This document shows, piece by piece, positions 23,260 to 35,900 of a stretch of DNA of 64,000 bases. Each line of letters begins with the position of its first letter. Position 1 is the first letter of the stretch. The position numbers were made by a program, and so were the translations under genes. The stretch comes from Octopus vulgaris (lineage: Eukaryota), in assembly GCA_951406725.2 (NCBI GenBank), contig OX597824.1:54994001-55058000 (forward strand), in the 5' to 3' direction. The notes beneath the pieces were generated by a model. The model was given only the letters and a program-made list of their open reading frames with translations, made no database searches and had not been told where the DNA came from.

Positions 23260-26200
23260 GCTACTTTCAAGCCTTCGCCATAACTTGATTTATCTTTCTA
23301 TCTCTCTCTCTACAAAATTTAACCTTAGGCTAGGCTACCTCAAGCCGTAATCCCATCTCTTCCCATCTCTTCCCATCTTTCAGCCATTGGCGGTCTTTTT
23401 TTCCTCCTCTTACCATTACGATTCTACAATTTAAATTCCCAATTCAACTAACTTACTTCTTCAATTTCAACTCCCGATCGATGTCCGCAGCAAGTTCTTT
23501 AAAAATTTATCTTAATATTTCTATTCGTTGTTACTACGTTTATTCATACATTGTTACGAAAATTTAACCTTTTAAGGCTACTTTCAAGCCTTCGCCATAA
23601 CTTGATTTATCTTTCTATCTCTCTCTCTACAAAATTTAACCTTAGGCTAGGCTACCTCAAGCCGTAATCCCATCTCTTCCCATCTCTTCCCATCTTTCAG
23701 CCATTGGCGGTCTTTTTTCCTCCTCTTACCATTACGATTCTACAATTTAAATTCCCAATTCAACTAACTTACTTCTTCAATTTCAACTCCCGATCGATGT
23801 CCGCAGCAAGTTCTTTAAAAATTTATCTTAATATTTCTATTCGTTGTTACTACGTTTATTCATACATTGTTACGAAAATTTAACCTTTTAAGGCTACTTT
23901 CAAGCCTTCGCCATAACTTGATTTATCTTTCTATCTCTCTCTCTACAAAATTTAACCTTAGGCTAGGCTACCTCAAGCCGTAATCCCATCTCTTCCCATC
24001 TCTTCCCATCTTTCAGCCATTGGCGGTCTTTTTTTCCTCCTCTTACCATTACGATTCTACAATTTAAATTCCCAATTCAACTAACTTACTTCTTCAATTT
24101 CAACTCCCGATCGATGTCCGCAGCAAGTTCTTTAAAAATTTATCTTAATATTTCTATTCGTTGTTACTACGTTTATTCATACATTGTTACGAAAATTTAA
24201 CCTTTTAAGGCTACTTTCAAGCCTTCGCCATAACTTGATTTATCTTTCTATCTCTCTCTCTACAAAATTTAACCTTAGGCTAGGCTACCTCAAGCCGTAA
24301 TCCCATCTCTTCCCATCTCTTCCCATCTTTCAGCCATTGGCGGTCTTTTTTTTCCTCCTCTTACCATTACGATTCTACAATTTAAATTCCCAATTCAACT
24401 AACTTACTTCTTCAATTTCAACTCCCGATCGATGTCCGCAGCAAGTTCTTTAAAAATTTATCTTAATATTTCTATTCGTTGTTACTACGTTTATTCATAC
24501 ATTGTTACGAAAATTTAACCTTTTAAGGCTACTTTCAAGCCTTCGCCATAACTTGATTTATCTTTCTATCTCTCTCTCTACAAAATTTAACCTTAGGCTA
24601 GGCTACCTCAAGCCGTAATCCCATCTCTTCCCATCTCTTCCCATCTTTCAGCCATTGGCGGTCTTTTTTTCCTCCTCTTACCATTACGATTCTACAATTT
24701 AAATTCCCAATTCAACTAACTTACTTCTTCAATTTCAACTCCCGATCGATGTCCGCAGCAAGTTCTTTAAAAATTTATCTTAATATTTCTATTCGTTGTT
24801 ACTACGTTTATTCATACATTGTTACGAAAATTTAACCTTTTAAGGCTACTTTCAAGCCTTCGCCATAACTTGATTTATCTTTCTATCTCTCTCTCTACAA
24901 AATTTAACCTTAGGCTAGGCTACCTCAAGCCGTAATCCCATCTCTTCCCATCTCTTCCCATCTTTCAGCCATTGGCGGTCTTTTTTCCTCCTCTTACCAT
25001 TACGATTCTACAATTTAAATTCCCAATTCAACTAACTTACTTCTTCAATTTCAACTCCCGATCGATGTCCGCAGCAAGTTCTTTAAAAATTTATCTTAAT
25101 ATTTCTATTCGTTGTTACTACGTTTATTCATACATTGTTACGAAAATTTAACCTTTTAAGGCTACTTTCAAGCCTTCGCCATAACTTGATTTATCTTTCT
25201 ATCTCTCTCTCTACAAAATTTAACCTTAGGCTAGGCTACCTCAAGCCGTAATCCCATCTCTTCCCATCTCTTCCCATCTTTCAGCCATTGGCGGTCTTTT
25301 TTTCCTCCTCTTACCATTACGATTCTACAATTTAAATTCCCAATTCAACTAACTTACTTCTTCAATTTCAACTCCCGATCGATGTCCGCAGCAAGTTCTT
25401 TAAAAATTTATCTTAATATTTCTATTCGTTGTTACTACGTTTATTCATACATTGTTACGAAAATTTAACCTTTTAAGGCTACTTTCAAGCCTTCGCCATA
25501 ACTTGATTTATCTTTCTATCTCTCTCTCTACAAAATTTAACCTTAGGCTAGGCTACCTCAAGCCGTAATCCCATCTCTTCCCATCTCTTCCCATCTTTCA
25601 GCCATTGGCGGTCTTTTTTTCCTCCTCTTACCATTACGATTCTACAATTTAAATTCCCAATTCAACTAACTTACTTCTTCAATTTCAACTCCCGATTTAT
25701 CTTTCTATCTCTCTCTCTACAAAATTTAACCTTAGGCTAGGCTACCTCAAGCCGTAATCCCATCTCTTCCCATCTCTTCCCATCTTTCAGCCATTGGCGG
25801 TCTTTTTTTCCTCCTCTTACCATTACGATTCTACAATTTAAATTCCCAATTCAACTAACTTACTTCTTCAATTTCAACTCCCGATCGATGTCCGCAGCAA
25901 GTTCTTTAAAAATTTATCTTAATATTTCTATTCGTTGTTACTACGTTTATTCATACATTGTTACGAAAATTTAACCTTTTAAGGCTACTTTCAAGCCTTC
26001 GCCATAACTTGATTTATCTTTCTATCTCTCTCTCTACAAAATTTAACCTTAGGCTAGGCTACCTCAAGCCGTAATCCCATCTCTTCCCATCTCTTCCCAT
26101 CTTTCAGCCATTGGCGGTCTTTTTTTCCTCCTCTTACCATTACGATTCTACAATTTAAATTCCCAATTCAACTAACTTACTTCTTCAATTTCAACTCCCG

Positions 26201-29173
26201 ATCGATGTCCGCAGCAAGTTCTTTAAAAATTTATCTTAATATTTCTATTCGTTGTTACTACGTTTATTCATACATTGTTACGAAAATTTAACCTTTTAAG
26301 GCTACTTTCAAGCCTTCGCCATAACTTGATTTATCTTTCTATCTCTCTCTCTACAAAATTTAACCTTAGGCTAGGCTACCTCAAGCCGTAATCCCATCTC
26401 TTCCCATCTCTTCCCATCTTTCAGCCATTGGCGGTCTTTTTTCCTCCTCTTACCATTACGATTCTACAATTTAAATTCCCAATTCAACTAACTTACTTCT
26501 TCAATTTCAACTCCCGATCGATGTCCGCAGCAAGTTCTTTAAAAATTTATCTTAATATTTCTATTCGTTGTTACTACGTTTATTCATACATTGTTACGAA
26601 AATTTAACCTTTTAAGGCTACTTTCAAGCCTTCGCCATAACTTGATTTATCTTTCTATCTCTCTCTCTACAAAATTTAACCTTAGGCTAGGCTACCTCAA
26701 GCCGTAATCCCATCTCTTCCCATCTCTTCCCATCTTTCAGCCATTGGCGGTCTTTTTTTCCTCCTCTTACCATTACGATTCTACAATTTAAATTCCCAAT
26801 TCAACTAACTTACTTCTTCAATTTCAACTCCCGATCGATGTCCGCAGCAAGTTCTTTAAAAATTTATCTTAATATTTCTATTCGTTGTTACTACGTTTAT
26901 TCATACATTGTTACGAAAATTTAACCTTTTAAGGCTACTTTCAAGCCTTCGCCATAACTTGATTTATCTTTCTATCTCTCTCTCTACAAAATTTAACCTT
27001 AGGCTAGGCTACCTCAAGCCGTAATCCCATCTCTTCCCATCTCTTCCCATCTTTCAGCCATTGGCGGTCTTTTTTTCCTCCTCTTACCATTACGATTCTA
27101 CAATTTAAATTCCCAATTCAACTAACTTACTTCTTCAATTTCAACTCCCGATCGATGTCCGCAGCAAGTTCTTTAAAAATTTATCTTAATATTTCTATTC
27201 GTTGTTACTACGTTTATTCATACATTGTTACGAAAATTTAACCTTTTAAGGCTACTTTCAAGCCTTCGCCATAACTTGATTTATCTTTCTATCTCTCTCT
27301 CTACAAAATTTAACCTTAGGCTAGGCTACCTCAAGCCGTAATCCCATCTCTTCCCATCTCTTCCCATCTTTCAGCCATTGGCGGTCTTTTTTTCCTCCTC
27401 TTACCATTACGATTCTACAATTTAAATTCCCAATTTACTAACAACTCAAAATTTATCAATATTTCTTTCGTTGTTACTACGTTTATTCATCTTGTTACAA
27501 ATAACCTTTAAGGCTACTTTCAAGCCTTCGCCATAACTTATTTATCTTTTCTCTACTTCAGGCTACCTCAAGCCGTAATCCCATCTCTTCCCATCTCTTC
27601 CCATCTTTCAGCCATTGGCGGTCTTTTTTCCTCCTCTTACCATTACGATTCTACAATTTAAATTCCCAATTCAACTAACTTACTTCTTCAATTTCAACTC
27701 CCGATCGATGTCCGCAGCAAGTTCTTTAAAAATTTATCTTAATATTTCTATTCGTTGTTACTACGTTTATTCATACATTGTTACGAAAATTTAACCTTTT
27801 AAGGCTACTTTCAAGCCTTCGCCATAACTTGATTTATCTTTCTATCTCTCTCTCTACAAAATTTAACCTTAGGCTAGGCTACCTCAAGCCGTAATCCCAT
27901 CTCTTCCCATCTCTTGGCGGTCTTTTTTCCTCCTCTTACCATTACGATTCTACAATTTAAATTCCCAATTCAACTAACTTACTTCTTCAATTTCAACTCC
28001 CGATCGATGTCCGCAGCAAGTTCTTTAAAAATTTATCTTAATATTTCTATTCACTACGTTTATTCATACATTGTTACGAAAATTTAACCTTTTAAGGCTA
28101 CTTTCAAGCCTTCGCCATAACTTGATTTATCTTTCTATCTCTCTCTACAAAATTTAACCTTAGGCTAGGCTACCTCAAGCCGTAATCCCATCTCTTCCCA
28201 TCTCTTCCCATCTTTCAGCCATTGGCGGTCTTTTTTCCTCCTCTTACCATTACGATTCTACAATTTAAATTCCCAATTCAACTAACTTACTTTACCAACT
28301 CCCGATCGATGTCCGCAGCAAGTTCTTTTAAAATTTATCTTAATATTTCTATTCGTTGTTACTACGTTTATTCATACATTGTTACGAAAATTTAACCTTT
28401 TAAGGCTACTTTCAAGCCTTCGCCATAACTTGATTTATCTTTCTATCTCTCTCTCTACAAAATTTAACCTTAGGCTAGGCTACCTCAAGCCGTAATCCCA
28501 TCTCTTCCCATCTCTTCCCATCTTTCAGCCATTGGCGGTCTTTTTTTCCTCCTCTTACCATTACGATTCTACAATTTAAATTCCCAATTCAACTAACTTA
28601 CTTCTTCAATTTCAACTCCCGATCGATGTCCGCAGCAAGTTCTTTAAAAATTTATCTTAATATTTCTATTCGTTGTTACTACGTTTATTCATACATTGTT
28701 ACGAAAATTTAACCTTTTAAGGCTACTTTCAAGCCTTCGCCATAACTTGATTTATCTTTCTATCTCTCTCTCTACAAAATTTAACCTTAGGCTAGGCTAC
28801 CTCAAGCCGTAATCCCATCTCTTCCCATCTCTTCCCATCTTTCAGCCATTGGCGGTCTTTTTTTCCTCCTCTTACCATTACGATTCTACAATTTAAATTC
28901 CCAATTCAACTAACTTACTTCTTCAATTTCAACTCCCGATCGATGTCCGCAGCAAGTTCTTTAAAAATTTATCTTAATATTTCTATTCGTTGTTACTACG
29001 TTTATTCATACATTGTTACGAAAATTTAACCTTTTAAGGCTACTTTCAAGCCTTCGCCATAACTTGATTTATCTTTCTATCTCTCTCTCTACAAAATTTA
29101 ACCTTAGGCTAGGCTACCTCAAGCCGTAATCCCATCTCTTCCCATCTCTTCCCATCTTTCAGCCATTGGCGGT
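23260..29173 (+). repeat. Tandem satellite, ~317-bp monomer, ~19 copies, derived from the RTE 5' UTR
   Basis: GCTACTTTCAAGCC recurs at 23260, 23577, 23893, 24210 and onward; monomers are almost identical. The monomer is homologous to 31511-31547 + 31986-32263. Confidence 0.95.
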
Positions 29174-30131
29174 GCGCCCGCCCCTCCACCCCCACCACCA
29201 ATACCGATGAACACTGTTCTCACCCCCACCACCAATACCGGTGAACACTGTTCTCACCGCCAACACCACCAATACTGGTGAACACTGTTCCTCACCCCCC
29301 ACCACCAATACCAGTATACCCTGTCCTCACCATCTACACCGGATACGCCTTACTCATCTACACCGGGTACGCCCTACTCCCTCCTCCTCCCCCACTACCC
29401 CCTTCTCCTCATATGCTTTCACTGTGAAAAGACAAGCTGCTAGCGCCATAGCTCATCAACTGCCCACCGATCTTACGCTTCCTCCTGACACTGCTTCATT
29501 CCGACTATCCCCCTTTAGCACCCTCCCGCCTCGTAATATCCTACGTTTTTATTTCTTAGGAACCTACACCAACCCTTCCTGCCATCGTTCCTCCTTACCC
29601 CAACCTTCCCCACTGGTTGCTCCCTATATTACCCACCTCAACTGGACCCCCCTCCCAACTCAACTCTAGAATATCTGTATTCTTTCCTCTACCTAATAAC
29701 GTTACTCAGTGACGATAACGAATGTCTTTATTTCTTAGGAACCTACACCAACCCTTCCTTACTCAGTGACGATAAATGCTGTGACTACAAAGACCCGGGC
29801 TGCTTTCTGCAGCAATTCCACATACCCCCTACTCATTCTAAGTACCCCGGATCCCCAAAGTACCCTGGATCCCCAAAGTACCCCGGACCTCGTTGCCCCC
29901 GTGCCGCTGACACGTTAAAATGCTCGAACCGATCGTGACGATGCCGGACCCTCCGGCCCCTGTGGGTGGCACGTAAAGCACCCAATCCACTCACGGAGTG
30001 GTTGGCGTTAGGAAGGGCATCCAGCCGTAGAAACTCTGCCAGATTCAGACTGGAGCCTGGTGCGGCCCCCTGGCTTCCCAGACCCGGTCAAACCGTCCAA
30101 CCCGTGCTAGCGCGGAAAGCGGACGTTAAAC

Positions 30132-30167
<36 letters not shown>
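29173..30167 (+). mobile_element. Non-autonomous internally deleted RTE derivative (5' UTR fused to 3' end)
   Basis: 29173-29726 matches 32263-32901 and 29777-30167 matches 36047-36459. Almost the whole ORF is missing; (GAT)n tail present. Confidence 0.9.
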
Positions 30168-30192
30168 ATATATATATATATATACATACATA

Positions 30193-30580
30193 GGCGCAGG
30201 AGTGGCTGTGTGGTAAGTAGCTTGCTAACCAACCACATGGTTCTGGGTTCAGTCCCACTGCGTGACATCTTGGGCAAGTGTCTTCTGCTATAGCCCTGGG
30301 CCGACCAATGCCTTGTGAGTGGATTTGGTAGACAGAAACTGAAAGAAGCCTGTCGTATATATGTATATATATATATGTATGTGTGTGTCTGTGTTTGTCC
30401 CCCTAGCATTGCTTGACAACCAATGTGTTTATGTCCCCGTCACTTAGCAGTTCGGCAAAAGAGACCGATAGAATAAGTACTGGGCTTACAAAGAATAAGT
30501 CCCGGGGTCGATTTGCTCAACTAAAGGCGGTGCTCCAGCATGGCCACAGTCAAATGAATGAAACAAGTAAAAGAGTAAAA
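30193..30580 (+). mobile_element. tRNA-derived CORE-type SINE (octopus OK/OR-like)
   Basis: A box TGGCTGTGTGG, B box GGTTCAGTCCC, CORE-like CTTGGGCAAGTG, internal TA/TG tract, LINE-like tail GGCGGTGCTCCAGCATGGCC...AAACAAGTAAAAGAGTAAAA. Confidence 0.85.
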
Positions 30581-30581
30581 G

Positions 30582-30631
<50 letters not shown>

Positions 30632-30750
30632 TAGATATATATATATATATATAGATATATAGATAGATATATATATATAGATATATAGATAGATATATAT
30701 ATATACATATATATATACATATATACATATATATATACATATATATATAT

Positions 30751-31151
30751 ATTGTTGTATTTAGGAATGGTCATTTTGCCAGTTTAGCCAATAAAAACAC
30801 ACGCACTATATATTTGGTCTTACTTTGCTTCAGTGCTATTTATTTTTTACATTAATCTTAATCTTATTTCGGAGACAACTCAAGGAAGGTAAAAGCTCAT
30901 CGATTCTGTACCAACACGCCGAACAAGAACACGGGGGATCAATCAATAACATAGAAATTAAAATATTATCCACACATAGATCAGATGCAACAATTAGACA
31001 AATTACAGAAGCTACACACATAATAGAAAACAAACCTAGCCTGAATAGAAAACTAGAATGGAGCACTAACACACACCACAACATATGACGATAGAGAGAT
31101 CCTGAAAACATAATAAATACACAGATAAATAAATAAATTAATAGAAATAAA

Positions 31152-31210
<59 letters not shown>

Positions 31211-31512
31211 TTTTTTTTTCGATTCAATTTATTATTATTATTACTAGTATTGTTGTTATACATACATACATACATACATACAAGCATATGTAATGATAAT
31301 AATGGGTGGATGTAAACACATGAACAAAATAAGAATAAACAAAAACAACAAAAACAAAAAACAAAAAAAACAAAAAAAACAAAATACAAATTACATGAAC
31401 ATATAAAATTACAAATTACATGAACATATATAAACAGAAAATACAAATATTACAGGCATCCCCCACATACACACATTAAATAAACATAAACGCACATAGA
31501 GATATATAAGCA
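30751..31512 (+). mobile_element. PLE family 2 remnant: inverted pLTR piece (30751-30872), GIY-YIG C-terminus (30873-31088) and 3' UTR
   Basis: LKEGKSSSILYQHAEQEH..EATHIIENKPSLNRKLEW as in 46041-46470. 30751-30872 matches ~45403-45524 in the orientation opposite to the ORF. Confidence 0.85.
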
Positions 31513-31579
31513 ATTCAACTTACTTTCTTCTTCAATTTCAACTCCCGTACATATATATATATATATATATACATATATC

Positions 31580-31735
<156 letters not shown>

Positions 31736-31737
31736 CA

Positions 31738-31977
<240 letters not shown>

Positions 31978-32277
31978 CATATATGTCGATGCCCGCAGCA
32001 AGTTCTTAAAAATTTATCTTACTATTTTTATTTTTCCATACATAGCGCGACATACATTCATTCGTTGTTACTACGTTTATTCATACATTGATAACTTGAT
32101 TCGTCTTACCCATCTCACTCCCTACGAAAATTTAACCTTTTAGGCTACTTTCAAGCCTTCGCCATAACTTGATTTATCTTTCCTATCTCTCTCTCTACGA
32201 ATTTAACCTTAGGCTACCTCAAGCCGTAATCCCATCTTTCCCCATCTTTCCGCCATCGGCGGTGCGCCCGCCCCCCA

Positions 32278-32465
32278 CCCCCACCACCAATACCGATGAA
32301 CACTGTTCTCACCCCCACCACCAATACCGATGAACACTGTTCTCACCCCCACCACCAATACCGGTGAACACTGTTCTCACCCCCACCACCAATACCGGTG
32401 AACACTGTTCTCACCGCCACCACCAATATCGGTGAACACTGTTCTCACCCCCACCACCAATACCA
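32278..32465 (+). repeat. 33-bp minisatellite in RTE 5' UTR (~5.5 copies; ~4 copies at 29190-29315)
   Basis: CCCCACCACCAATACCGRTGAACACTGTTCTCA tandem units. Confidence 0.85.
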
Positions 32466-32930
32466 GTATATCCTGTTCTCACCATCTACACCGGATACGC
32501 CCTACTCCCTCCTCCTCCCCCCACTACCCCTTCTCCTCATATGCTTTCACTGTGAAAAGACAAGCTGCTAGCGCCATAGCTCATCAACTGCCCACCGATC
32601 TTACGCTTCCTCCTGACACTGCCTCAATCCGACCATCCCCTTTTAGTACCCTCCCGCCTCGTAATATCCTACGTTTTTATTTCTTACGAACCTACACCAA
32701 CCCTTCCTGCCATCGTTCCTCCTTACCCCAACCTTCCCCACTGGTTGCTCCCCTATATTACCCGCACCCTCTACTATCTCTCCCTCTCTTTCACTGGTGA
32801 AACCTTTCTCAACTGGACCCCCCCCTCCCCAACTCAACTCTAGAATATCTGTATTTCTTTCCTCTACCTAATTACGTTACTCAGTGACGATAACGAATGT
32901 CCACTGCTAACACCAGCTCCTGCCCACGGC

Positions 32931-35900
32931 GTGGTCAGGTTGGAAGAGAGATCAAAAGAAAAATACCACGAAAACTATCACCACCACAACAACCCTCCTC
33001 TTCTCAGGCGCCGAATCCCCCCCGTCCCCCCCATTTCCTTCCCAGTTTTCAGAGTTGGCACTATCAATGTTGGTACATTGACAGGCAAGTCTAGTGAGAT
33101 TGTAGAGATGCTAGAGAGAAGACAGGTTGATGTATGCTGCATACAAGAGGTAAGATGGAGAGATGCTTCGGCTAGGGTCCTCACGGGCAAGGCACTTAGG
33201 TACAAACTCTACTGGCAAGGTAACGCGGAAGGTGTAGGGGGTGTAGGCATTCTCCTTGCGGAGGAATGGGTGGATAAGGTCATAGAGGTTGTCAGGGTTT
33301 GTGATAGAGTGCTTAAGCTCAGGTTGGTCCTACAGAGTGGCACAGCTATGATTATCTCAGCCTATGCCCCACAAGCGGGACTACCAAATGATCAGAAGGA
33401 CAACTTTTATGATACCCTTCTGCAGGCTACTTCAAAGACTAGTAACAAGGACCTCATCTTTGTAGGTGGAGATTTTAATGGGCATGTTGGGCGGGAATCG
33501 GGTATCTTCACTGGGGTACATGGTGGCTATGGTATTGGCACCAGAAATGATGAGGGAACTAGACTGCTGGAATTCTGTGATGCATGTAACCTTTCAATCT
33601 GCAACACTAACTTCAAGAAGCCAGTCTGCCACCTTATAACTTATCAGTCAGGAGACTCCGCTAGCCAAATAGACTTCATCCTCACCAGACAACGGGATGC
33701 AGGGTTGCTCTTGAATACAAAGACCCTCCCGGGTGAAGAATGTATCCCTCAGCATAGACTAATCATCAGTGACTTTAAGCTTGAGGCCAGAAGGACTCCA
33801 AGAAACAAACCAATCCAGAAAAGAAGGATTTGGAGGCTAAAGAACCCTTCGCATGGTCAGAAATTTAGGGACATACTCATCAAGAAATTTGATGAGAGGG
33901 AGGAGGAGCTTCAGACGTCAGACATAGAAGGTAGCTGGGAATTCCTACGGGACAGCTTGCTGAGTGCCACAGACCAAGTCTGTGGATGGTGCAAAGTCCC
34001 TTCCAGACCTAGAATTACGTGGTGGTGGAATAGTGCAGTAGATAAAGCCATCTGTGAAAAGAGACGGGCCTGGAAAGCCTGGAAGGATGGGGGCAGCAGG
34101 GAACTGTACCAGATAGCCAAAAGGGAGGCTGGGCGGCAGGTATACATTGCCAAAGATGTAGCAGAAAAGAAGAAGTTTGCCAATGTCCAGCGTCGCGAGG
34201 ATCAAAGAGCTGAAGTATTTCGGATTGCCAGACAATGTGTCAGAGAAAATAGCGATGTTATAGGAGAGAAATGTGTCCGCATGGATGATGGGGCACTTGC
34301 TTTTACTACTAGTGAAAAGAAAGAGGCTTGGAGAAGCCATTATGAAAGACTGCTGAATGAGGAGAATGAATGGGAGGAGGAGAGCCTGCCAAATGTTGAC
34401 CCAGTAGAGGGACCAGCTACCCGAATAGACAGCTCCCTTGTAGATAAGGCAATTAAGGATATGAAACCAGGCAAAGCCCCTGGCCTATCAGGAATCACTG
34501 CTGAGATGCTTAAAACAGCTGGCTATGTGGGCTATGCCATAGTCACCCGCATTGTAAACCAGGTAGTTCACAATGGAGTCATACCCAATGACTGGTGCAG
34601 CAGCACCATAGTCAACTGCTACAAGGGTAAGGGTGATGCTCTAGATAGAAATAACTACAGAGGTATCAAACTGTTGGACCAGGTGATGAAGGTCTCAGAG
34701 AAGGTCATAACCAATCTCATTAGGGAGAGAATTTGTTTAGATGAAATGCAGTTCGGTTTTGTACCAGGTAGAAGCACCACTGATGCTATATTCCTGGTCC
34801 GACAACTGCAGGAGAAGTACCTAGCTAAAGATAAACCCCTCTACATAGCTTTTGTAGACTTGGAGAAAGCCTTTGACAGGGTTCCCCGTTCCCTTATCTG
34901 GTGGTCGATGCGGAAACTGGAGATTGAAGAATGGCTAATAAGGGCTGTACAGGCTCTATACAGAGAGGCTGTCAGCAAGGTTAGGATTGGCAACGAATAT
35001 AGTGAAGAATTCCGGGTAGAAGTAGGTGTGCACCAGGGCTCAGCCCTCAGTCCCCTTTTATTCATCATAGTCCTTCAGGCAATAACAGAGGAATTCAAAA
35101 CGGGATGCCCCTGGGAGCTCCTCTATGCCGATGACCTAGCTCTCATAGCAGAATCACTACCGGAACTAGAAGAGAAATTTCGGGTGTGGAAGCAAGGGTT
35201 GGAATCAAAGGGCCTTAGAATAAATGTAGCAAAGACCAAAGTATTAGTAAGCAGCAAGAGGTACTCAGCACACACCCCCTCGGGTAGGTGGCCCTGCTCA
35301 ACCTGTAGGAAAGGTACAGGTAGAAACTCCATAAGATGCACCCAATGTAAGTTATGGACACATAAGAGGTGCAGCAACATTAAAGGGAAATTAACAGATA
35401 AGATAGCTTTCATGTGCGGCAGATGCACAGGGACAATAGACACAACAGACACTCAGAAAACAGATTCCATCACACTCCAGGGAGAGAAACTAGAAGTAGT
35501 TGATAGTTTCCGCTACCTGGGTGACCAAGTTAGTAGCGGAGGTGGATGCACAGAGAGTATCACCACTAGAATACGAATAGCCTGGGCAAAGTTCAGAAAG
35601 CTCCTACCCCTACTGGCAACAAAAGGTCTCTCCCTCAGAGCAAAAGGTAGATTGTATGATGCATGTGTGCGAACTGCCATGCTTCACGGTAATGAAACAT
35701 GGGCTGTGACTGCAGAAGACATGCGTGGACTTGAAAGAAATGAAGCTAGCATGATCCGCTGGATGTGTAGTGTCAGTGTGCACGCAAGACAGAGTGTAAG
35801 CATCCTGAGAGAAATGCTGGATATAAGAAGCATCAGATGTGGTGTGCAAGAGCGACGCTTGCGATGGTATGGTCATGTGCTGCGGATGGATGAAGAGAGA

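Noticed and set aside
23260-29173. Array as CRISPR or rDNA/5S/tRNA cluster; HDV-like ribozyme in the RTE 5' UTR monomer
   Set aside because: There are no unique spacers and no RNA-gene motifs. I could not fit a nested double pseudoknot by eye; this needs a descriptor search.
29241-29669. Pro/Thr/Ser-rich ORFs at 29241-29669 and 32432-32800 as RTE ORF1
   Set aside because: GTG starts lie inside the minisatellite, the composition reflects a C-rich UTR, and the ends differ between the two copies.
30193-30270. tRNA gene
   Set aside because: A/B boxes are present but there is no full cloverleaf, and the sequence continues into a SINE body and LINE-type tail.
32278-32465. 33-bp repeats as a CRISPR array
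   Set aside because: The units are contiguous without spacers and lie inside a LINE UTR.
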